64,000 bases of DNA from Deltaproteobacteria bacterium (GTDB lineage Bacteria > Myxococcota_A > Polyangia > Fen-1088): NCBI GenBank assembly GCA_033763315.1, contig JANRKS010000001.1, positions 247,587-311,586 of the forward strand, read 5' to 3'. The translations under genes and the position numbers were made by a program. Below the pieces are notes generated by a model, which was not told the origin of the DNA, did not search any database, and worked only from the letters and a program-made list of their open reading frames with translations. This document shows, piece after piece, positions 8,915 to 18,533 of the stretch; the stretch's first letter is position 1; each line of letters starts with the position of its first letter.

Positions 8915-10309
8915 CTAAACTTTGATCTCGCTGTACTCGCCTGGGGGGCCGAACTTGCCGAATTGGTTGATCGGCGCGCCGCCGGGCGTACGTAGGCCCA
9001 TCACGTTGGCAAGCGTGGTGAGCAGCTTGTTGCTGGGGGCGTCTTCGACAAGGGTTTTGTTGCCGAGGGCCAAGGGGTCGGGGTTCTGGCTTAGCTTCAT
9101 GTATGCGCCCTGCTTTAAGCTGCCGCCGCCACTGCCCGCAATGACGAACGGCAAATCGCGATAATGGTGCTCTTTGCCCTCAGACAACTCATTCAGCCAA
9201 AGCACCACGCTGTTATCTAAGATTGTGCCGTCCACATCGATGTAAGCGTTAAGTCGATCCACAAGATAACGAAACTGCTGCGCGTGCCAAGCGTCGATCT
9301 GTGCCAAGAGTGTGCTGGCGCTGGCGAGAACGGGACCACCGAAAGAGACCAAGCGGTGCGAAAGCAGATGGTGCTCTTGTTTGTGGCCAAGCCAACCAAA
9401 CGTATTGGTGTGAGCGCCCGGGCCGAACATCATTGTGGCCACGTGCGTGTGGCCGCACGCGATGGCCAGGCTCATAACGTCCAAATGCAAGCGCGAAAGC
9501 CGCTCGAACCAATCATCGGCCGCCAGTTTGGTTGCATCAATGCCATCCAGCTGGGCCGAGGTGCTGGCGTCCAACGCGCACGTGGCGTTGAGTTGACCTT
9601 CCACTTCACGCAAGCTTGTGAAGTGTAGATCCAGCTTGTCTCGATCGCTTTTGCTCAGCCTCGATGACGCCTGCAACGACGTGAACTGAGCGCGCACGAC
9701 GTCCAAGATGCTTTCGCGGCGTTTGGTGATGCGCGCCAACACTGCGGGATCTGCAGCGGAAAGGCCGGCGAAGTCTTTGTAGATCTTGGCGGGATTTGGC
9801 TCTGTGGGCGTGGGCTTGCGCGGCGCCGTGAACGACAGATACATCGAATCGCCTTGGCCACGCTTGCCAACGATGGCCGCGAGACCGGGGCGTTTGCCTG
9901 GATTGATTTGCGCGGCGATCGCTTGATCCAAAGAGATCCCATCCGCCAATCCGCCCGACACCGAAGACGCCGTCAGCCGCGTGCAGGTGCCCAGCTGGTG
10001 GTCGTTGACGTTCACATCTTTTCCATGGCCGCGCGGCGCCCCATGCAGGCCCCGCAGCACCAGCAGCTTGTCCTCAATGCCTGCCAATGGGGCCAGGCCC
10101 GTGCCCAGCAGCATGTCTTTCGATAAACGACCCGGTTGCCCCTTGGGCCAGAAGCTGGTGACGTCGATGCCGCACGATTGAAACATCACCACGAATCGTT
10201 TCTGTGCCGCCGTGGCCGCGCGTGCGGACGACAACGATTCCAACCAAGGTACAGCCAACGCTACGCCCCCCGCTCCACGCAAAAACAAACGACGAGACGC
10301 TGGTTTCAT
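8915..10309 (-). CDS. DUF1552 (HXXSHH) family Tat-exported protein, copy 1
   Basis: SRRLFLRGAG Tat motif, SLDQ, DxxKLDLHFTSLREVE, HHLLSH, GTILDNS, E...G..H...LP. Confidence 0.9.
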   Translation of the reverse strand: MKPASRRLFLRGAGGVALAVPWLESLSSARAATAAQKRFVVMFQSCGIDVTSFWPKGQPGRLSKDMLLGTGLAPLAGIEDKLLVLRGLHGAPRGHGKDVNVNDHQLGTCTRLTASSVSGGLADGISLDQAIAAQINPGKRPGLAAIVGKRGQGDSMYLSFTAPRKPTPTEPNPAKIYKDFAGLSAADPAVLARITKRRESILDVVRAQFTSLQASSRLSKSDRDKLDLHFTSLREVEGQLNATCALDASTSAQLDGIDATKLAADDWFERLSRLHLDVMSLAIACGHTHVATMMFGPGAHTNTFGWLGHKQEHHLLSHRLVSFGGPVLASASTLLAQIDAWHAQQFRYLVDRLNAYIDVDGTILDNSVVLWLNELSEGKEHHYRDLPFVIAGSGGGSLKQGAYMKLSQNPDPLALGNKTLVEDAPSNKLLTTLANVMGLRTPGGAPINQFGKFGPPGEYSEIKV

Positions 10310-11988
10310 GGGGCCTCCGTTTCGTCGCGGTGAAATAGGAAGGCGTCACTGGTGGCGATGTTGGCCAGCAGTTCCACCAGCGGCAGTTCCTTCGACTTAA
10401 GCGCATCGGTTACCGCTTGCACCGCGCATTCGTCATCGCTGGTCAGGGAACGCGCGAGCGCATAGTTAAGCCAGGCGCTGCCGTAACACGATTTGGCTTC
10501 GTCGCTTTGGGCGATGCCACGGATGAGTTCCAAGGCGTTCGCGAAACCCACATCACCCTTTTCTAAAGACACGCTGCCTTGCGTGTTCACAGGCTGCCCG
10601 TTGTCCGTGGTGCGTCTTTGCCCGACGCCATCGAAGCCTTCGAACGCAAAACCGGGAGGGTTGATCAGCTGGTGGCAGCCATTGCAAGCCGGCGCGGCCG
10701 TTTGCTTGGCGATTAAGTCGCGCGTGGTCATGCCCGCTTCAAGCGGCGGCAGCGTGGTGTCCACATCTGCCGGAGGCGCTGGCGTTTGCATGCAGAGAAT
10801 GTTGCGAAGCACAAAGGCGCCGCGAAGGACCGGTGCCGTTGCATCTGCGTGAGCGTGCGACGCCAAAAAGCCCAGCTGGGTGAGCAGGCCGGCGCGTTGA
10901 TTGGTGTCAAGCTCCACCTGCACCATTTCGGCGTCCGACGCCGCGTTGATCGGCACACCATAGAGTTTCGCCATGCGTCGGTTGGCAAACGTGGTGGTTG
11001 AAGTCAGCAGGCTTTCGAAGCCGAGGTTCTTGTGGAACACGTGGCGCGCGAACAGTTGCACTTCGTTGTCGAAAGCCGGCCCGAGATCGGCGCCGAAATC
11101 TTTGGATAGTTTCGGATCACGTTGCAAATCCAGATAAGCGTCCGTGGCCATGAACTGCGCGTGAAAGTCGCCCACCACATCGTCGGCGCGGGGATCAGAC
11201 AGCATGCGTCTGACTTGTGCTTCAATGTCCCGCCGCGCGGACAAGTGCCCCTGGCGCGCCGCCTCGAACAGTTCGTCGTCGGGCATGCTGTTCCACAACA
11301 GATACGAGAGCGAAGACGCCAATGCATACGGTTCGGGCAACCGCGCGTTTTGACCCACGCTGATGTCCTGCAAGGCGGACCTGTAGATAAACTGGGGCGA
11401 CATCAGCATCGCCTGTACAACCCACGATACGCCGTTTGCGAATGCCTCGTCCGCGGTCCCATCCATCTGCGCTGCGCGAAACAGCGCCTCGAACGATGTC
11501 TGCTCGGGCTCGGTTAGCGGACGCCGAAAGGCCTTGGCGCCGAACGAGCGAACGAACGCAGCACTGCAAGTGGCTTCAGTGGGTGAACAAGGCACCAGCT
11601 TGCCGCGTGTCATTGGATCGCGCATCAGCTTCTGGCCCGCGGCTTCAGCCACGCGTTGATAATCGCGCGCAAGCGGGCCCGGCACAAACAGGGTTTCGTC
11701 GTTGTTGGAAAACCGCGTAAGCGACGGATCTAGGGTCATCGCTCCCACCGCGCTGGTTTCATCGCCCAGCAAGTCTCGGAGTGTGTTGCGGTATTGCCTG
11801 TGGGTCAGCCGCTGCAGCCGAGGCTTAACCACCAGCCGGCTCGGGCAGCCCACCGCGTTGGGGGTGGCCTTGCCGCCCGCATCGTCCTCGCTTGGCAGGG
11901 GGTTGCGAGAGGTTTGCGCACCAGGCGCGCAAGCGGCGACCGCGGCCGAACAGACAATGGCTATGGCACGTGAGGACCGAAACAACAT
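10306..11988 (-). CDS. DUF1587/1595/1592/1588/1585 c-type cytochrome lipoprotein, copy 1
   Basis: Lipobox VAAC, RLT..QY..T.RDL, AFRRPLT, SPQFIY, LSYLLWNSMPD, PVLRG, CNGCH heme motif, GFAFEGFDGVG. RBS GGAGG before ATG 11988. Confidence 0.9.
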   Translation of the reverse strand: MLFRSSRAIAIVCSAAVAACAPGAQTSRNPLPSEDDAGGKATPNAVGCPSRLVVKPRLQRLTHRQYRNTLRDLLGDETSAVGAMTLDPSLTRFSNNDETLFVPGPLARDYQRVAEAAGQKLMRDPMTRGKLVPCSPTEATCSAAFVRSFGAKAFRRPLTEPEQTSFEALFRAAQMDGTADEAFANGVSWVVQAMLMSPQFIYRSALQDISVGQNARLPEPYALASSLSYLLWNSMPDDELFEAARQGHLSARRDIEAQVRRMLSDPRADDVVGDFHAQFMATDAYLDLQRDPKLSKDFGADLGPAFDNEVQLFARHVFHKNLGFESLLTSTTTFANRRMAKLYGVPINAASDAEMVQVELDTNQRAGLLTQLGFLASHAHADATAPVLRGAFVLRNILCMQTPAPPADVDTTLPPLEAGMTTRDLIAKQTAAPACNGCHQLINPPGFAFEGFDGVGQRRTTDNGQPVNTQGSVSLEKGDVGFANALELIRGIAQSDEAKSCYGSAWLNYALARSLTSDDECAVQAVTDALKSKELPLVELLANIATSDAFLFHRDETEAP

Positions 11989-12197
11989 GGCGCCTCCATC
12001 CCACAAGACCGTGGGCTTGATCGTGGATACGGCTGTCCCGACCACAGATCAAGCGGAACTAAACAGAAATGTACCTTATTATCACAAAATATATCGTAAA
12101 CGTCCCAATTTATACCATTGGTCATAGGCGGTCAGGCATAAATGCGATGGCTTTCGGGGTGCTGAAACCGTTGGCCGCGGCGGACGTATACGCTCCC

Positions 12198-12824
12198 ATG
12201 AAAAAATGCGTTTATGTGCTGTGGCTATTGGCGGCTTGCGGTTCAGATGGTGCGCCCGCTGCCGACGATAACGATGCAGGCTCGGGTGGCGCCGCGGCCG
12301 CGGGCGGAAGCGCCGGGGCTTCGGCGGGTGGCGGGGGATCTGCTTTGGCTGGCGTGGACGGCGGCCTTGATGCCTCCGCCGGCGGGGTGGGCATAGACGC
12401 TGGTGGCATAGACGCTGGCGCTTTAGCCGGGTCAGGCGAAGCTCAACTGCCACCTACGAACCGGAAGGCGCTGGAGGCCTGGATCGAAAAGGGCTTTTAT
12501 AAAGCTTGGAAATGCGAAAGCAGCGTCATGAAGGCCAGGCCCAACGGCGCGCATGGACGCAACCGCGTGTGCTCAAACGCGCTTGCCAGCGCGAACGCTG
12601 GTGGTCCCTATGCCGTTGGTGCGGCTTCGATCAAGGAGATCTATTCAGGCGACAAGATCTCCGTTTACGCTGCCAGCGTGAAGGTGAAAGAAGGAACCGC
12701 TGCAAACACCTGGTACTGGTACGAAGGCAGCATTGAAGGCATAGGCATCTCAGCGTGTGCTGGCTGCCACGCGCAAAGCGCACAGTATGGCGGCCACGAC
12801 TATGTTTACATCCAAGTGAAGTGA
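12198..12824 (+). CDS. Cytochrome P460-like monoheme lipoprotein
   Basis: Lipobox LAAC, Gly/Ala linker, G..SIKE..., VK...W.W, C-terminal CAGCH followed by DYVY, the layout of the P460/c'-beta family. Confidence 0.65.
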   Translation: MKKCVYVLWLLAACGSDGAPAADDNDAGSGGAAAAGGSAGASAGGGGSALAGVDGGLDASAGGVGIDAGGIDAGALAGSGEAQLPPTNRKALEAWIEKGFYKAWKCESSVMKARPNGAHGRNRVCSNALASANAGGPYAVGAASIKEIYSGDKISVYAASVKVKEGTAANTWYWYEGSIEGIGISACAGCHAQSAQYGGHDYVYIQVK

Positions 12825-12827
12825 GCT

Positions 12828-14006
12828 TTAGTGCCCGGACACTTCCGCGCCGGTGCCCGCTTTTAAGAAGTTGCCGTAGCCCACGATCACGGTGGAACCG
12901 ACCAACACCGCCAGGCCTAAGATCACCAACGTTCGTGTGCGACGGCTGGCGCCCTTCCATTCACCAAGGCCTACGCCCCAAAGGGTGCTGAAGATGATGA
13001 TGCTGGCCATGTGCAGCGTCCAGCTCGAGAACTCGTACTGGCCCATGCGCGTACTGCCCATCCCGTAGAAGAAAAACTGCATGTACCAAGTGACGCCTGC
13101 GAGGGCGGAGAACAGGTAGTTCATCAACAAGGGCACGGGCAGGCGCTTGCTGGGCGCGCCCGCTGTGCCTGTGCCCGACAGTGCGTTGCCGTGTGAATCC
13201 AACACGGCGCCTTCGTTGCCGGCTTTCACCTGCAAGCTGCTGAAGTATTCGCGTCCGCTGCCGTTGCGAATGTTCAGTATCACGCACCAGATGAAATTGG
13301 TGGTGAAGCCGCCTGCCAACACCACCACCAAGACTGGCAGGTTTTGCCAAAGATCGGCCCTGCCTTGTGCGACCAATTGCGCCTTCGCCAATTCTTTGAT
13401 CGGCGAACCCGCATCCAACCCAAACGCCATGCAGGCGCTCATGATGCCGGAGAAGGTGGCGATAATGAGGCCCTTCACAAAGTTGAATTCCTTGATGACG
13501 GCCTTCTTTTGAGCCTCGGACATCTCCCGCTCTTTGGACATTCCCGCGGCGCCGCTTAAGCCGATGCCCGCCAAACAAAGACCCACGCCCGCCAAAATCA
13601 CTTGCGAGGGCGCTGAAGAAATCAGCGTCTGAATTTGCCCCTTGAAGATCGGCGGTATCAACGTGCCGAAGGCGGCACAGAAACCCAGTGCCACGGCCAT
13701 GCCAAGCGCGATGCCCAAGTAGCGCATGGTGAGGCCAAAGGTCAAACCTCCGATGCCCCACATGGCCCCGAAGAAGTACGCCCAGAAAATGCTCTGGCTA
13801 GGGGCCGCCCGCAACACATCCAGGAAGCCCGGCACCAACAGCGTTGCGAGCAACCAGGGCGCCACGATCCAGCTGAAGATCCCACCCACCAACCAATAGG
13901 TCTCCCATGACCACCGCTTCACGCCGCGGTAGGGAATGTAAAAGCTGGCGGAGGCCAAGCCACCAAGCCAGTGGAAGATCACGCCAATAAAGGGATTGCC
14001 TTGCAT
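12828..14006 (-). CDS. rhaT: L-rhamnose/proton symporter RhaT
   Basis: SFYIPY.GVKRWSWETYW, WGIGGLTFGLTMRYLG, GGFTTNFIWC, WYMQFFFY, SWTLHM. Confidence 0.92.
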   Translation of the reverse strand: MQGNPFIGVIFHWLGGLASASFYIPYRGVKRWSWETYWLVGGIFSWIVAPWLLATLLVPGFLDVLRAAPSQSIFWAYFFGAMWGIGGLTFGLTMRYLGIALGMAVALGFCAAFGTLIPPIFKGQIQTLISSAPSQVILAGVGLCLAGIGLSGAAGMSKEREMSEAQKKAVIKEFNFVKGLIIATFSGIMSACMAFGLDAGSPIKELAKAQLVAQGRADLWQNLPVLVVVLAGGFTTNFIWCVILNIRNGSGREYFSSLQVKAGNEGAVLDSHGNALSGTGTAGAPSKRLPVPLLMNYLFSALAGVTWYMQFFFYGMGSTRMGQYEFSSWTLHMASIIIFSTLWGVGLGEWKGASRRTRTLVILGLAVLVGSTVIVGYGNFLKAGTGAEVSGH

Positions 14007-14220
14007 TACAAGAACTCCTGCCGTGGGGTCGCTGGGGGTATGCAGTAACGGTCTTGGTGATGGCCAGCCGTATGACTTAAGGAAAGGCGCGCACCATACC
14101 GTTTTTCATGGGGCGCGCAAAGCGCCGCGCGTGCCGGAACCTGGCTAAACGTAAAGGGCAAATCCTCCCAGACGAATTGTCTCGGCCAAACGCCAAAGAT
14201 ATATACAATCAGCGCCCCAA

Positions 14221-16050
14221 ATGACGCTCTCTGCCTTACTAGCTGCAATGCCCTCGGGCGCGCCGACCACCTCGTTAACGGGCATCGATTGGTTGATGAT
14301 TGGTGCCTACTTTGCCGTGTTGCTGGGCGTGGCCTGGTGGGTGGTGAGAAGCAGCAAGGACACGGCTGACGATTACTTTCTCGCCGGGCGCAACCTGAGC
14401 TGGTGGATCGTGGGCGCTTCGATTTTCGCCTCGAACGTTGGTTCAGAACACATCGTGGGCCTCGCAGGTTCGGGCGCCCAAGATGGCGTGGCCTTGGCAC
14501 ATTATGAATTGCACGCTTGGTGTTTGCTGGTCCTCGGGTGGGTGTTCGTGCCGTTTTACGCACGCTCGCTGGTGTTTACGATGCCCGAGTTCCTCGAGCG
14601 CCGCTTTTCAGTGAAATCGCGATACGTGCTTTCGATCGTGTCGCTGATCACGTTCGTGGTCTCGAAGATCGCGGTCGGCATCTTCGCGGGCGGCGTGGTG
14701 TTCGGCACCTTGCTGCCGGAAATGCAGATTCACGTTGGCGATTCGGTCATCGATAGCTTCTGGATCGGATCGATCTTGGTGATTGTGCTCACCGGCCTTT
14801 ACACGATGCTGGGGGGCATGCGCGCCGTGGCCTACAACGACGCCGTGCAAGTGGTCGTGTTGATCGGTGGCTCCGCCTTGCTCACTTTGTACGGTTTAGA
14901 CAAGCTGGGGGGATGGTCCGAGCTGCGTCGCTTGTGCGGCTCCGATATGTTCGATTTGTGGCGCCCGTTGACGCCGGCCGGTGTGCAAAGCACATGGGCT
15001 CCCGTGGTGGAACGCAACGCCGCAGGCGCGTTGGTGAAGCAAGCTTGGTACTTCAACAACAACTTTCCTTGGCTGGGCATGGCGATCTGCGCGCCGGTCA
15101 TTGGGCTTTGGTATTGGTGCACAGATCAGTACATCGTGCAGCGCGCGCTCGGTGCCCCCAATGAGCGCGTGGCCCGCCGAGGCAGCATCTTTGCTGCGTT
15201 CTTGAAGCTGTTTCCCGTCTACTTGTTCATCGTGCCGGGCCTGATCTGTTTCGCGCTGGCCAAGAGCGGCAAGATCCCGGCGTTGTCGGAGGTTTATGAT
15301 CCCGCCACGGGCAAGGCCACCGCGCATGCGCAAGCGGCGTTTCCTTTGTTGGTGCAACACTTGCTGCCGCCTGGGTTGCGCGGCATCGTTGTTGCCGGCT
15401 TGCTCTCCGCGTTGATGGGTTCGTTGGCCGGCGTATTTAACGCATGTTCAACCTTATTCACCGTCGACATCTACGAAAAGCTTCGACCGGGGGCCACGCA
15501 GTCACAGATCGTGCGCATGGGCCGCATCGCCACGGGCGTGATGGTTGTGGTGGCGATGGCCTGGATCCCCGTGGTCAAGGGGGCGCATGGCCTTTACAAC
15601 TATTTGCAAGCCGTGCAGGGTTACCTGGCGCCACCCATCTTTGTGGTGTTTTTCTTGGGTGTGTTCTGGAAGCGCTTGAACGCCGCCGGCTGCTTGTGGG
15701 CCATGATCGTCGGGTTTGTGATGGGCATCTTCCGCATGGCTGTGGACACACCGATCACGATCACCGAGAACGCTAACTTTTATGAAGCTGGTTCGTTCTT
15801 GTGGGTGGTGAACAACATCAACTTCCAATACTTCAGCATCCTGATCACGATCGTTTCAGCCATCGTTATGGTGGGCGTGAGCTTGGCCACCCCGGCGCCC
15901 AACCCGGCGCAGATCGTGAGCTTGACGTTCGGCACGCAAACAGACGCTGATCGCGCGCAAACCAAAGCCAGCTGGTCAACGGCAGATCTGTTGGCCTCGC
16001 TGGTTGTGATGGCCGCCATCATCTTCGCTTACATTTATTTCACGGGCTAG
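14221..16050 (+). CDS. Sodium:solute (SGLT-like sugar) symporter
   Basis: YFLAGR, SIFASNVGSEH, TMPEFLERRF, WYWCTDQYIVQR. Confidence 0.92.
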   Translation: MTLSALLAAMPSGAPTTSLTGIDWLMIGAYFAVLLGVAWWVVRSSKDTADDYFLAGRNLSWWIVGASIFASNVGSEHIVGLAGSGAQDGVALAHYELHAWCLLVLGWVFVPFYARSLVFTMPEFLERRFSVKSRYVLSIVSLITFVVSKIAVGIFAGGVVFGTLLPEMQIHVGDSVIDSFWIGSILVIVLTGLYTMLGGMRAVAYNDAVQVVVLIGGSALLTLYGLDKLGGWSELRRLCGSDMFDLWRPLTPAGVQSTWAPVVERNAAGALVKQAWYFNNNFPWLGMAICAPVIGLWYWCTDQYIVQRALGAPNERVARRGSIFAAFLKLFPVYLFIVPGLICFALAKSGKIPALSEVYDPATGKATAHAQAAFPLLVQHLLPPGLRGIVVAGLLSALMGSLAGVFNACSTLFTVDIYEKLRPGATQSQIVRMGRIATGVMVVVAMAWIPVVKGAHGLYNYLQAVQGYLAPPIFVVFFLGVFWKRLNAAGCLWAMIVGFVMGIFRMAVDTPITITENANFYEAGSFLWVVNNINFQYFSILITIVSAIVMVGVSLATPAPNPAQIVSLTFGTQTDADRAQTKASWSTADLLASLVVMAAIIFAYIYFTG

Positions 16051-16066
16051 CAGCCTGCCGATTCGA

Positions 16067-18433
16067 ATGAACGACATCTACCGCCATGAGCAGCAAGGCG
16101 CCGTTTGCATTTTGGCCAGCCCCACCGCTTTGCCTCAAGCGGCGGCGTTTTTGTGGAACCGGCGCATGATGTTGCACGTGAACTGCCGCGGTTACGCCGT
16201 GTCGCAGTTCATGCAGCCCGAGCCCGCGAAATACGCTCATCAACCGGTGCTTGAAGCCAAAACCTTCATGCAGCCCGAGCAGCCGTACTTCACGCACCAC
16301 CCGGGGCGCTTTTTTTATGTGAAGGACGAGGACAGCGGGCGGGTGTTCTCGGTGCCGTTCGAGCCCGTGCGCGCGGCGTTGATCAAGTTCGAGTTTGTGG
16401 TGCGCAAATACGAGGTGGGGTGGCGCGTTCACTGCGACGACTTCGAGGTGCACGCCTTCGTGAGCGTGCCCGTGGATGACGTGGTGGAATTGTGGCGGCT
16501 GACGGTGCGTGACGTTTCAGGCCGAGCCCGCAGGCTAAGCGTCTACGCCTATTTTCCCGTGGGCTACGCGTCGTGGATGAACCAAAGCGGCGAGTGCCGC
16601 CCCGATCTTGGCGGCGTGGTGGCAAGCTGCGTGACGCCCTACCAGAAAGTGCAGGATTACTTCAAAAACCAGCACTTCAAAGACAAGACGTTCTTGTTGG
16701 CGGATGAAGTTCCCACGGCTTACGAGGCCAACCAAGCCGCCTTTGAAGGGTGGGGCGGTCTTGCCGCGCCCACGGGCGTCACGCAGCCAAGTTTATCCGG
16801 CGGCGACGCTCGCTACGAAGTGGCCGCGTGTGTGCTGCAATGGCGACGGCTCATGCCTGCGGATGGCGCATTCGAGGCGCGGCTGATCTTCGGGCCCGCT
16901 GAAACCGTTGATGAGATCCGTGCGTTGCGGGACAAGTATCTTCGCGCCGGCGGCTTCGAGCAAGCGGCGCGCGCGTATGAACAGTATGTAGCGTCTGGCA
17001 GTGGGTGCTTGCAGATCGAAACGCCCGATGAGGCGCTTGATCATTTCGTGAACCACTGGATGGCGCGGCAAACGTTTTACCATTGCGACGTAAATCGTCT
17101 GACGACCGATCCACAAACACGCAATTACCTTCAAGACGCGATGGGCGCCGCGTTCGTGCAGCCGGTGTTGGCGCGGGCGGCGTTTATTCGCGCTTTGTCA
17201 CAGCAGCAATCCTCTGGCGCCATGCCCGATGGCATCTTGTTGGTGGAGGGCGCGGAGCTCAAATACATCAACCAAGTGCCACACATGGATCATTGCGTGT
17301 GGCTGCCGATCTGTTTGTCGGCCTACCTCGATGAAACCAACGACTTTGCGTTGTTGGAACACACGCTTCCGTTTGCCGATGGTGGCAGCGCCAGCGTGCG
17401 CGATCACATTGATCGAGCGATGCAGTGGTTGCACAGATCCCGGGACGAACGTGGCCTCAACTTCATCGCGCAAGGTGATTGGTGCGATCCCATGAACATG
17501 GTGGGCTGGAAGGGGCGTGGCGTTTCGGGTTGGTTGTCGCTGGCCACGGCGTACGCGCACCAAGTGTGGGCGTCGATCTGTGAACGCGTGGGCCGATCCG
17601 ATGAGGCGGCACGCTTGCGCGCGGCGGCCGATGAAGTGAACGCGGCCGTGAACCATCACTTGTGGGACGGCCAGTGGTATGCGCGTGGCATCACCGATGA
17701 TGGTGTGGCGTTCGGCGTGGCGGCCGACGAAGCAGGCAAGGTGTTTCTCAACCCGCAAAGTTGGTCGATGTTGAGTGGCGCTGCTGATGCGTTCAAGCGC
17801 AGGCTGTTGATGCAAGCGGTGCAAGACTGGTTGGACACGCCGTTTGGGGTGATGAAACTGGCGCCGCCTTACCAGGCTATGCGCGAAGATGTGGGCCGCG
17901 TGACGCAGAAGCATCCGGGGTCGGCCGAAAATGGCGCTGTATACAATCACGCGGCCGCGTTTTACGCCTACGCGCTTTATGAAGTGAAGGAAGCTGACGC
18001 TGCGTTCAAGGTGCTGCGCCAGATGCTGCCTGGACCGGATGTGGATGACATCGTGGCGCGCGGTCAGTTGCCGGTGTTCATTCCCAACTACTATCGGGGC
18101 GCCTACCGAGAATTCCCGCGCACGGCGGGGCGTTCAAGCCAGCTGTTCAACACGGGCACGGTGGCGTGGTTCTACCGCTGCCTGGTAGAGCGGCTGTTCG
18201 GGTTGCAGGGCACGCCCGAGGGTTTGCTTGTGCAGCCACAGCTGCCCGCTGCGTGGCAGCGCGCCCGCGCTGTGCGCCAGTTTCGCGGGGCGACGTTCGA
18301 CGTGACGTATGAGCGGCGGCAGGCGCCACCCGAAATAACGTTGGTGCTTGATGGCGAACCCGTGGCAGGCACACTGGTGAGGAACATCCAAGCGGGCGCC
18401 ACGTATCATCTGCAGGTGCTGCTGCCGGCATAG
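16067..18433 (+). CDS. GH94 phosphorylase, cellobionic acid phosphorylase-like
   Basis: WN..MM..VNCRGYAV.QFMQPEPAKY, RLTTDPQTRNYLQD, QGDWCDPMN, SAENGAVYNHAA, NTGT. Motifs and length (788 aa) recall Saccharophagus/Xanthomonas CBAP. Confidence 0.85.
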   Translation: MNDIYRHEQQGAVCILASPTALPQAAAFLWNRRMMLHVNCRGYAVSQFMQPEPAKYAHQPVLEAKTFMQPEQPYFTHHPGRFFYVKDEDSGRVFSVPFEPVRAALIKFEFVVRKYEVGWRVHCDDFEVHAFVSVPVDDVVELWRLTVRDVSGRARRLSVYAYFPVGYASWMNQSGECRPDLGGVVASCVTPYQKVQDYFKNQHFKDKTFLLADEVPTAYEANQAAFEGWGGLAAPTGVTQPSLSGGDARYEVAACVLQWRRLMPADGAFEARLIFGPAETVDEIRALRDKYLRAGGFEQAARAYEQYVASGSGCLQIETPDEALDHFVNHWMARQTFYHCDVNRLTTDPQTRNYLQDAMGAAFVQPVLARAAFIRALSQQQSSGAMPDGILLVEGAELKYINQVPHMDHCVWLPICLSAYLDETNDFALLEHTLPFADGGSASVRDHIDRAMQWLHRSRDERGLNFIAQGDWCDPMNMVGWKGRGVSGWLSLATAYAHQVWASICERVGRSDEAARLRAAADEVNAAVNHHLWDGQWYARGITDDGVAFGVAADEAGKVFLNPQSWSMLSGAADAFKRRLLMQAVQDWLDTPFGVMKLAPPYQAMREDVGRVTQKHPGSAENGAVYNHAAAFYAYALYEVKEADAAFKVLRQMLPGPDVDDIVARGQLPVFIPNYYRGAYREFPRTAGRSSQLFNTGTVAWFYRCLVERLFGLQGTPEGLLVQPQLPAAWQRARAVRQFRGATFDVTYERRQAPPEITLVLDGEPVAGTLVRNIQAGATYHLQVLLPA

Positions 18434-18533
18434 GCCGTGACGGCAACGGACTGGCGCCCAGGACGCCCCTTCCCACGCCAACGCTGGCACGGGAGCCCCT
18501 CGTGCAGCTCTTGCTGGTTATTGGCGGGGCACA

